A stretch of DNA of 63,662 nucleotides, the filler included, from Guillardia theta CCMP2712 (lineage: Eukaryota > Protista > Cryptophyta), in the NCBI RefSeq assembly GCF_000315625.1. It is 6 parts of 6 records of this genome, joined end to end, with 100 filler letters (N's around TTAATTAATTAA, not from the genome) between each part and the next. Parts side by side here need not be neighbours in the genome. Positions count along the whole stretch, not along the records: positions 50,828 to 56,390 come from NW_005434615.1; positions 56,491 to 58,364 come from NW_005434052.1; positions 58,465 to 63,662 come from NW_005434187.1; 3 more parts are not named here. One strand, 5' to 3'. Every line of letters starts with the position of its first letter. Position 1 is the first letter of the stretch. The translations under genes and the position numbers were made by a program. Below are positions 50,828 through 60,350 of this stretch, piece by piece. The notes under the pieces were generated by a model. It searched no databases and had not been told where the DNA came from. It was given only the letters and a program-made list of their open reading frames with translations.

Positions 50828-51500
50828 GTCACCGGGATCTCCTCAGCACTCGCTATCTCGGGTCTATACGGAGCCTTCCACATGATTGCTTTACTCTCTT
50901 GCACTGAGTCTACGATCAGTCCGATCTCTTCGAATTTCTTCTTCAGCTTTTCTTCATGGTTGACATACACCGAGGAGATGCCCAGGAGAGTCATGGAGAT
51001 GAAGGAAGTCACCTCGTTGCCTGCTGAGGCGGTGTATGTCTCGACCTTCTCCTTCTTGGCTTCTTCAATCTGCTGCATAAACCACTCTCTGGATGCGTCA
51101 CTCCATCCAGTCATCGCTTCTTGGAGAAGCTCACGTCGTGCCTGCTGACATGTCGAGCGGATGGCTTCTGCGATAGCGTCGGGGGTGCATCCCTCCACAG
51201 CCTTGCAAGCCTGGGCTGTCCTGCTGTTCGGATAACGCTTCGCGAAGCTCTTCACCCTCTCGACGAGATCAGCTTCGAGGACAGAGGCATCCACAAGTCC
51301 GCTCTGCGTGTATTGGCATGATCTCCGATACAGCAGGTTGCGAACATTTTCATCATACTGAAGAACCATACTTAGAAAGCTATTTGAAGTATACAAACCT
51401 CTCGCTTGCAGCTTCCTTGGCGCCCTGGCAGCTTCCCCTACACCACGCGTGCAGCCATGGTGCCTGAAATAACCGGCGCCTGCCTGAAATAACCGGCGCC
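50828..51500 (-). mobile_element. 5' portion of an ORF1-only (RRM-like) non-autonomous retroelement, copy 1
   Basis: ORF 50828-51396; 50828-50978 is near-identical to 53561-53711; begins with 2x TGCCTGAAATAACCGGCGCC next to a telomere tract. Confidence 0.75.
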
Positions 51501-51573
51501 CTAAACCCTAAACCCTAAACCCTAAACCCTAAACCCTAAACCCTAAACCCTAAACCCTAAACCCTAAACCCTA
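51499..51573 (+). repeat. Telomeric repeat tract (CCCTAAA)10
   Basis: Ten perfect CCCTAAA units followed by (TAT)n. Confidence 0.98.
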
Positions 51574-53711
51574 TTATTATTATTATTATTATGTGAGTTT
51601 ATTAGACTGCTAGAATGTTGCTCGGCCTCGTTGTGGGCTTATGCAATTTGATCCTAGTCTAAAGAGGCGCTCGAGCACTGGGAGTACACGGCCTACAATG
51701 CGAACCCTGCTTCTGAAGGCGTCTTTCTACTCTCTACTTCTGCTGTCTTCTCTTGGCTTCCTCACCTCAGTCAGGAGAGTTGGCCTCTCCTCACCTTGGN
51801 NNNNNNNNNNNNNNNNNNNNNNNNNNNNNNNNNNNNNNNNNNNNNNNNNNNNNNNNNNNNNNNNNNNNNNNNNNNNNNNNNNNNNNNNNNNNNNNNNNNN
51901 NNNNNNNNNNNNNNNNNNNNNNNNNNNNNNNNNNNNNNNNNNNNNNNNNNNNNNNNNNNNNNNNNNNNNNNNNNNNNNNNNNNNNNNNNNNNNNNNNNNN
52001 NNNNNNNNNNNNNNNNNNNNNNNNNNNNNNNNNNNNNNNNNNNNNNNNNNNNNNNNNNNNNNNNNNNNNNNNNNNNNNNNNNNNNNNNNNNNNNNNNNNN
52101 NNNNNNNNNNNNNNNNNNNNNNNNNNNNNNNNNNNNNNNNNNNNNNNNNNNNNNNNNNNNNNNNNNNNNNNNNNNNNNNNNNNNNNNNNNNNNNNNNNNN
52201 NNNNNNNNNNNNNNNNNNNNNNNNNNNNNNNNNNNNNNNNNNNNNNNNNNNNNNNNNNNNNNNNNNNNNNNNNNNNNNNNNNNNNNNNNNNNNNNNNNNN
52301 NNNNNNNNNNNNNNNNNNNNNNNNNNNNNNNNNNNNNNNNNNNNNNNNNNNNNNNNNNNNNNNNNNNNNNNNNNNNNNNNNNNNNNNNNNNNNNNNNNNN
52401 NNNNNNNNNNNNNNNNNNNNNNNNNNNNNNNNCGTGGAGGTTGCCAACGGCCTTGTCCAGGACCAGCTTGATCGGCTCGCTCGTCCCTGCCTCGTTCAAA
52501 GAAGCTGCATCTTCGATGACTGCTGACAGCTCGCTGACGAGCTGCATGTCCTCTTGGCTTGACGGAGATGCTGCCTCCATTGTGATCCTCTCCAGGTCTG
52601 TAAACTCCAGCCACTCTCCCTCGCTCTCCTCCTGTCGCTGCGCTGCGTCGCTGGTGCCCCGCTGACCAGCCGCCTCAGAGTCAGGCTCCTTGTCGAAGCC
52701 GACTGCTTCGAGCTTGGTTGCTGCGCCTTCGAGATAGAAGGGCAGCTCCTTCATCATGCATCGAGCATCCTCCGTGGAGCCGAGGAGGATGCATAGCTTG
52801 GACCCGTTCCAGGACTTGGTGTTCAAATCCTCCTCCATGTCGATGCCTTCAACGTTGATCTCGAGCCTGTTAGCGATCTCCAACAAGACTCTCTTGACTC
52901 TTGCGATAGACGTGTTGCCGCCGTTGCACAGCCCCTCCATCTCCTTCCTCGTGAAGCGACCAGATGCCGCCGTCGACTTGATGATGATCTTGATCTCCTT
53001 GCCGTCCTTGCCGCCTGCCTTCTTCTGCATCCTTGATGCCTTCTTCAACTTATTTCTGGACACAAAGCGATCAGCTGTCAACTCGACTGCGAGCGCCTCT
53101 CTGATCTTCGGGTCCTCGCTGAACAGAGTCAGGTGTACTCCCTCCATCGCTTCGCTCTCTCGGAAAGCTCGAAATGCTGTATCATTCGCCTCTGATGACG
53201 TTGGCCCCTACAGCGATGAAGCCTTTCTGACCTAAGCCTTTGTGGACTTGCTGTCCTGGCGCCCCAGCGACCAGCATGCCTGCCAGCGGCTGGAGTTGGA
53301 CCGCTGCAAGGGACTGGCGCAGCAGCTGATAGCGATAGACGGCAGCTATCTCAGCCGTTGTCATGCCGCCCAAGGTTAGCAGGTGAGTCAGCTCTGCCAA
53401 GCTGCCCCCTTTGCCCCAGGGTCCTCTCTTGGCTCGAATCTTGAAAGATCGATCGTGCACGATGCTCACATGTACAGCTGTGAACTTGCGACCATCGATC
53501 GCGAAGTCCTCTCTTCCCTGCCAGAGCTTCTCCGCTTGTGCATTGCGGAGGAAGGAAACAGTCACCGGGATCTCCTCAGCACTCGCTATCTCGGGTCTAT
53601 ACGGAGCCTTCCACATGATTGCTTTACTCTCTTGCACTGAGTCTACGATCAGTCCGATCTCTTCAAATTTCTTCTTCAGCTTTTCTTCATGGTTGACATA
53701 CACCGAGGAGA
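51572..53711 (-). mobile_element. ORF1-only non-autonomous retroelement, copy 2 (one frameshift ~53190; internal gap)
   Basis: ORFs 53182-53703 and 52433-53147 with RRM-like patterns; short 3' UTR ending TCTAATAAACTCACA(TAA)n joined to telomeric repeat; no room for an RT in the 633-nt gap as sized. Confidence 0.78.
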
Positions 53712-53982
53712 GGCGCTGCCTGAAATACCCGGCGCTGCCTGAAATACCCGGCGCTGCCTGAATACCCGGCGCTGCCTGAAATACCCGGCGCTGCCTGAAA
53801 TACCCGGCGCTGCCTGAAATACCCGGCGCTGCCTGAAATACCCGGCGCTGCCTGAAATACCCGGCGCTGCCTGAAATACCCGGCGCTGCCTGAAATACCC
53901 GGCGCTGCCTGAAATACCCGGCGCTGCCTGAAATACCCGGCGCTGCCTGAAATACCCGGCGCTGCCTGAAATACCCGGCGCT
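53712..53982 (+). repeat. 19-bp tandem repeat (GGCGCTGCCTGAAATACCC) x~14
   Basis: Near-perfect units; one unit lacks an A. Confidence 0.97.
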
Positions 53983-54000
53983 CCTAAACCCTAAACCCTA
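53983..54000 (+). repeat. Short telomeric tract CCTAAACCCTAAACCCTA
   Basis: Direct reading. Confidence 0.9.
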
Positions 54001-54477
54001 TTATTATTATTATTTGAGTTTATTAGACTCTTAGTCGAGAAATTTCATAGCCAGGAACTATTGCTCTTTGCTCGTCTCAATGATCCGTCTAAAGGGGTTC
54101 CCAACCTTGGGAGGTTGGCCCATAGTCCTATAGGCCCCTTAGGCCTGGTTGCTTCCGTATTAAGTGTTTTCAGTGCCAATGTCCTCCGGGCCTGTTTCAA
54201 GTCCGATCCCGGTCCCCCCTCCTGCTTTCGCTAAGTGTCGTTGCGCCAGCAGCCTGCTCCTCCCCCCGCCCATATGTAGTTGCCCACTGTGGTAAGTCTG
54301 TACCTTCTCTTGGCCTGGTTAGCCCTTTCCTTCCCTTTTTGCGGCCCCTGACCTTGCGCCGCGCCTGCCTTCTTGTTGCCAGGCTTGTTTTCCTTCCCTT
54401 CGTATGTGTTTTCCTTCCCTTCTTATGCTCCCTGTGTGCCTTGCCCCATAGCCGCGCCTTCCCCCCCGGGACCTAGT
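53999..54477 (-). mobile_element. 3'-UTR-only copy of the Dualen-like element
   Basis: Aligns with 29652-29813 and 30530-30610, ending at the position of the polyprotein stop codon. Confidence 0.88.
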
Positions 54478-54697
54478 TGTAGTAGTTGAGTTTATTAGAA
54501 TGCTAGGAAGGATCTCAACAGGGATCTCGTGACCTGGCAGTTCGGCCCGACTTGGCTGGCCCCTATGGCAGCCGTGCTTCTGCTCTGCTCTCTCCTCCGA
54601 TGTACTTAGTGGTCTTCTCCAGCCTCAGCCAGTGGAGTTGCCTCCGCCGGCCTTGGCATGGGTCAACCTTGCTTAACTTGTGTTGCTTCGCCGGCCT
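54478..54697 (-). mobile_element. 3' end of a diverged ORF1-only subfamily
   Basis: Ends TCTAATAAACTCAACTACTACAA; the internal segment resembles 51760-51799; its 5' end abuts telomeric repeat. Confidence 0.7.
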
Positions 54698-54721
54698 TAA
54701 ACCCTAAACCCTAAACCCTAA
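54698..54721 (+). repeat. Telomeric tract (TAAACCC)3TAA
   Basis: Direct reading. Confidence 0.95.
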
Positions 54722-55115
54722 GCTCCAGCGAGATCGGCTTGCCAGCAAGCAGCTCCTCCTCGGATGTGAAGCTGCTTCCATAGTGATCCTGTCGATGTCG
54801 CTTAGCTCCAGCCATTCAGCGCTTTGCTGCTCCTTCCAATTCGTAGGGGATGTCTTCCATCAGGCGTCGAGCCTCTTCCTTGGTCGCCAGCGAGAGAGCT
54901 ATCTGGCTCCCGTCCCCACTCAGCGTGTCTCGGTCTTCTTCAACCTCCACGCTCGCCAACTTGATGCCTATCCTTCAAGTTGCTAGCTCCAACGCTACTC
55001 GCTTGATTCTTGTTGTTGAAGTGTTTCCATCTCCTTCCTCGAGAAGCGACCTGTGCTCATGCTTGACGTCGACTTGATCAGCACTCTGAAGCAGCCTGGC
55101 AGCCGCGTTGCCCTG
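54722..55115 (-). pseudogene. Degenerate internal fragment of the diverged ORF1-only subfamily
   Basis: Minus-strand translation (LIKST..GRFSRKEME, RIKRVALELA, EEARRLMEDIPYELEG, EWLELSDIDRITMEAAS) is homologous to ORF 52433-53147. Confidence 0.8.
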
Positions 55116-55117
55116 CG

Positions 55118-55975
55118 GGTCGCTCCATCAGAAGCAATGGAGGCTTTTGCAAACATTCCACGAGATGTCTGTCTGAGCTACAGAGACGCAACTTGGGACC
55201 CAGTCAGCCTCAAGCTCTCCTTAACTTCCTGCTGGTCGAGCTTGGAACGAGCGATGCAGAGAGGCGTGTTTCACCCATCAAGGTTCGACCCTGAGGAATA
55301 TCTGATGAGTTTTCGTACTTGTGCTTGGGATTGCAATCGTGATATTGCATGTTCTCATTTAAACTTCTTGTTTTTGTTCTTGTCCATCCTCTGGGATTTC
55401 TCTTTTCCTTTTTCTTTGCATCTGATGCATTGCAATTTGCACTGAAAATATCGTTTCAGCATTATGATAATCATGGTAATGGAAATCTGAACAAGGTTGT
55501 CGAAGGGAAGTTTGTTGCTTTCAAGAGCCCGAGAGAGAAGGTTTGAGGACAAACTTTCCTGAAAGGAACACAGAGAGCAATGAATCCTGATGGAACTGTG
55601 TCGCACACTCCAGCTGACTACATCAATGTTCTGAAGTCCATGAACGTTGAGTATATCATCCGCTTGAATGGATACAGGTAGTTTTTTGATTGCAACTTCA
55701 AGATTTTGCCAGGGAAAATTCGCACCCGATGACAATGTTTTCTGTTTCTGCAGTTACGATCCAAGAGATTTTTTGAATGCTGGTAGTCGTTAGACTATTG
55801 TTACCATCATCGTGGTCTGAACATGTTTGCCAGGTTTTCGACATCACGATATCTACTGCAACGCTCGGGCAACGCCGTCCGATGCAACGGTAGACGGGTA
55901 GAACACTAACGACTTGATGAAAAAGGAGAAGGATGGAATGATTGCGAGTTTGCAGATTCTTGACCATCTCAGAGT
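55118..55975 (+). pseudogene. CDC14: Cdc14-type dual-specificity phosphatase, lacking its 5' part here; 3' part lost in gap
   Basis: YRDATW..LSLTSCWSSLERAMQRG.F....FDPEEYL|HYDNHGNGNLNKVVEGKFVAFKSP|TPADYINVLKSMNVEYIIRLNG|YDPRDF|FRHHDIY..TPSD. Confidence 0.85.
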
Positions 55976-56262
55976 ACCCGCGATTTATCAGAAGGAAAGA
56001 GGAGGAAGGGAGCGAGGAAGCAAGGGAGCGAGCGAGTGAGCTAGGAGAAGGAGCGAGGAGAAGGAGCGAGTGAGCGAGCGAGGGAGCAAAGGGAGCGAGG
56101 GAGCGAGGGGAGCGAGTGAGCGAAGGGAGCGATCTGAGGGAGCGAAGGGAGGGAGCGAAGGGGGCAAGTGAGCGAGTGAGCGAGGGGAGCGAGGGAACGA
56201 TGGAGCGATGGAGCGATGGAGGGATAGATGAAGCGAGGGAGGGAGGGAGGGAGGGAGGGAGG

Positions 56263-56313
<51 letters not shown>

Positions 56314-56490
56314 CGAGCGAGAGAGAGAGAGAGGAGAGGTAGCGAGGAGAGGGAGCATGGAAGCGATCGAGGAAGCGTGGGAGCGAGGGANNNNNNNNNN
56401 NNNNNNNNNNNNNNNNNNNNNNNNNNNNNNNNNNTTAATTAATTAANNNNNNNNNNNNNNNNNNNNNNNNNNNNNNNNNNNNNNNNNNNN

Positions 56491-57170
56491 GAGTATGCCT
56501 CCATGGAAATTGTTGTCGGAGCTCCTGCAAAACCCAACGTAAATTATCCCCCCGTATCCTCCGACAGACCTTTTCAGGTCAAACTAATTACAATGCTGGA
56601 GCAGTCTATGTCTTTGCACGACCGAAAGGGTATTTGATGACATATTTGACTTCCAACCTAAACGTCGGGGACACTACAATTTACGTCGAGTCTGTAACGA
56701 ACTTGTTGGGGTCTGGAACATCAGGAATCATATCTGTTGGTCAAAACCAAAATATTGTAATAGTGAATGTTGATTCTAGTTTGGGTGCTCTGTATGCGAA
56801 TTCCAGCATACGTTTCTTTGCAGGTGTCGGCGAAACAGTCATATCTCAACTATCTAACAACGACACATCTTACGAAGTTCCTCAAGTTGAAAAGCTGACT
56901 GCACAAAGCACGTCTTGTGGTCAAGGTGGGGTTCATTATGATTTCGTGAATTCGGGCAGCAGTCATGTAGCTGATTATTCTACGGGAGCATACTTGAAGC
57001 TCAGACTTTACCCTGGAAACAATCAAATTTGTGTATCTTCTGCTGCTGCACTTTTTGGGGCTCAATATGCCGGTGGATCGCAACCATATAGTCAAGGAGA
57101 TTCAACAGATGTTCGATTTTATATCATTTGCTCCTCTAACGCTGCGATCGCCGTGTTGAATTCATACACG
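56491..57170 (+). CDS. Fragment of a large extracellular FG-GAP-repeat protein
   Basis: IVVGAP...NAGAVYVF motif, then S/G/T/V-rich beta-type sequence. Confidence 0.55.
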
Positions 57171-57333
57171 ATTGGTTCTTGCTACCCAGCAAGAGGAGGA
57201 AGAGGACGAGGGCGTGGGCGTGGGCGTGGGCGAGGGCGAGGGAGGGAGGGAGGGGAGGGAGGAGGAGGAGGAGGAGGAGGAGGAGAACTAGACCGCAAGT
57301 ATAGTGTATATCAATCTACAAGCTTCAACTTCT

Positions 57334-58249
57334 TCATGCAAGGAGAGGCGCCTGGTATTCGATCGCCATTTCATGCAGCTGCAAAATTTCGTCATTTCCT
57401 GCCCAAACTCTTCGTCCCTCTCATCCATCCTCTTCAACATTCAACACTCATCCCACCCTCCTCCTTCCTCCTTCCCTCCTCGCCAGCTTCTTTCCTCCTC
57501 TTCTCCACATCCTTTCGCCTCCTCACCTTCCACGACGGCGGCTCCGCAAGATCCTCGGAGAAATGTCTCACCATCGCCCACACGTAGTTGATCTACTTAC
57601 AATCAGTTAACTCCCTCCTTCCTACCTCCAGCCTCCTCTCCATCCTCCCCCCTTCGTTCTTCTTCCTCGTTCCCCCCTCCCTCCTCCTTTCCCCCTTCCT
57701 CTCTTCCCCCTTCCCACTTCCTCTCTCCCCCCTTCCCCTTCTCCCTCTTTCCTCCTGTCTCTTCTCGCTCTCCCTCCTCGTCCCTCCCACCTCCACCTCT
57801 CACCTGTCGGATCTCCGACTCTCCTCCCTCCACCACTTCATTCTTCTGATTCCGCACGCAGTGAACCTGCAGGCAGCCTCGAACATTAGCAGAGGAGGAG
57901 CGAGCAGGGAGGGAGGGGGAGAAGTGCGGGTGTACATAGACGAGGACAATTGAAACAGATTGGAGCTCGAGCGGTCAAGGCTGAGGTACACGTAAAGGAA
58001 TGCAGAAGGGCAGAGACAGGTCGATGAGACTGAACGAGGTGAGAAGGTTGCGGAGGAGGGCGGAGGAAGAGCAGGAAGGGGGATGAAGGGAAGAGCTGGA
58101 TGAGGAGGAGGAGGAGGAGGAGGAGCTGCGGATTGATCGCTGTTTTGACCTGCTGCGTCACGAAGCGGACGATGAGGATGGGCTCTCCGTCAACCATCCT
58201 CGCCTCCCTGAGCTCTACCTCGTCGAGATCCAAGATGGTCGGGTCGACC
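57334..58249 (-). CDS. TIM44: Mitochondrial import translocase TIM44, 3' exons
   Basis: DPTILDLDEVELREARMVDGEPILIVRFVTQQ|VHCVRNQKNEVVEGGESEIRQ|INYVWAM..WK|LHEMA. Confidence 0.88.
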
Positions 58250-58576
58250 TGGAGGCTGATGAGAGGAGTGACAAAGGAGGAGGAGGAGGAGGAGGAGGAG
58301 GAGGAGGAGGAGGAGGAGGAGGAGGAGGAGGAGGTAAGAGGAGGAGAGGAGGAGGAGGAGGAGGNNNNNNNNNNNNNNNNNNNNNNNNNNNNNNNNNNNN
58401 NNNNNNNNTTAATTAATTAANNNNNNNNNNNNNNNNNNNNNNNNNNNNNNNNNNNNNNNNNNNNCGTCTAAGGGATTATTCCTCCTGCATGCTCCTGCTG
58501 CTTGTTGCTTCAAGTTGATTGCTTGACCCTTAGGCTGCTTGTCTGCGCGGCTTCGCGCTTGGGCTGGCGGTGCCGC

Positions 58577-60350
58577 GTCTGGGTGCCAGCAGTGCTGGTT
58601 CTTTTCGGGCTTGTGTTTTGTGTGTGATTGTGCAGCTTCTCGCTGTGCGCTGTGTGCCTGGAGGTTTAGCTTGTTGCTGCTTTGTTTTGCTTGAGGCACT
58701 TTTTACCTTCTGCCAGTAAATCCGTAGGTCCGGATGTCGGATTTACTGGCAGAAGGTAAAAAGTGCCTCAAGCAGAACAAAGCAAGGGGCTTTTTACCTT
58801 CTGCCAGTAAATCCTATGTAGCCTCGAAAATATGTAGGGGTGGACCGGACCAATGCCACATCCGCCATCAAGGTTGCTTGAGGCACTTTTTACCTTCTGC
58901 CAGTAAATCCGTAGTCCATCAAGCCCTCGTACTGCTCAGACCCTCGATCGCGGATTCCAGGGATGTGGATATCGCCCTTCTTTTTTTGCGGCCATGAGGA
59001 TCTGTATCAAGAGACATCATGGTTGTACTGGCAGAAGGTAAAAAGTGCCTCAAGCAAAACAAAGCAGGAACAGCCCGTATCGATGACGCTCCGACTCAGT
59101 GAAGACCAGCTTCGTTGAGCATTGACAGAATAGCGCGAGGGAAGAATGTTTAATTAATTTAATTTAATGAGGCACTTTTTTTTAATCGCAGCAGGTAAAT
59201 AGTGCCTGTAAGGTTGTCATGCGCCGTGGGAAGCTTGCCGGGAGAATCGGCGTATGCAGGTCAGGAGATGATGATGCGCTTTCTTTTGCTTGAGGCACTT
59301 TTTTAACTTCTGCGAGTAAAACCACCCATGAGCGCAGCAACGGGAGGATCGAACTCGCGCTGACATCCATCACATTGTATCATACCTGCCAGTGTGGCGT
59401 CGGACAATGGCAGATCGGCACATCTGAGCATAGATAGGATTTACTATGGTTTTACTGGCAGAAGGTAAAAAGTGCCTCAAGCAAAACAAAGTAGGAACAA
59501 GCTAAACCTCCAGGCACACAGCGCACAGCAAGAAGCTGCACAAACACACACAAAACACAAGCCCGAAAAGAACCAGCACTGCTGGCAACCGTCAGCAGGG
59601 GTCGAGCATAGCGATGCGGGAAGGCCCTGAGGGGTCTCATTGCGCTGCGGCGCAGGCGGAGGAATTGGCTGCTCATGAGACGAGTCAGCAGCCGGGTCAG
59701 GTGGGATCCCAATCCTTAGGCCATCTGCAGCCGGTGCAGGAGCCCTCACACGACGGTAGAGGATCGCTCCAGCATTATGAAGAGGCAATTTTACCTTCTG
59801 AGTGTAAACATTTTTCACTTTCGCTCTTGTGTTTTGTGTGTGTTTGTGCAGCTTCTCGCTGTGCGCTGTGTGCATGCAGGTTTCGCTTCAGTCACGGTTC
59901 CTGCTTTGTTCTGCTTGTGGAACTTTTTACCTTATGCGAGTAAAACTCTGAGTCAGACCCTACTCTCCGATGCGAATCAAGGCCTTCCCGCATCGTTATG
60001 TTCAGATGCTCGACTGCTATCTTCATGGCATGCCGATCTGCCAGTGTCCGACGCAGTGTGACAACCTTACTCGGACGGAGGGCAGTATGGAGGAAATGGC
60101 GGAAGTGCCATTGGTCCACCCCGGGTTATATTGGTAGCTCTGCCAACCTGATCATGTGTGGTCGTGTCGGATTTACTGGCAGAAGGGAAAAAGTGCCTCA
60201 AGCAAAACAAATTGAAAGCAGGAACAAGCTGATCAAGTGGGTGGAGGTCAACCCTCAGGCTACCTCGACGCCCTCCATGTTGCAGCGTCTACACTGCATC
60301 CTGAACGGCTTTTTGCTTGAGGCACTTTTTACCTTCTGCGAGTAGAACTT
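58577..60350. repeat. Array of ~11 copies of TTTGCTTGAGGCACTTTTTACCTTCTGCCAGTAAA in largely alternating orientation
   Basis: Forward at ~58686, 58790 (partial), 58874, 59168 (partial), 59285, 59781 (degenerate), 59905, 60311; reverse at ~58742, 59026, 59451, 60172. Confidence 0.92.

Noticed and set aside
53712-53982. 19-bp array as CRISPR or coding repeat
   Set aside because: No spacers; a pure tandem repeat.
50828-55115. Penelope/Athena-type or HeT-A-type end priming on the G-overhang
   Set aside because: The element sense strand equals the G-rich strand, with 3' tails pointing into TTTAGGG. This is the opposite polarity to G-overhang priming, and the only RT in the window is non-LTR type.
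58681-60350. CRISPR-like repeat/spacer appearance
   Set aside because: Repeats alternate in orientation, spacer lengths vary from ~15 to ~300 nt, spacers are mutually related, there are no cas genes and the context is eukaryotic.
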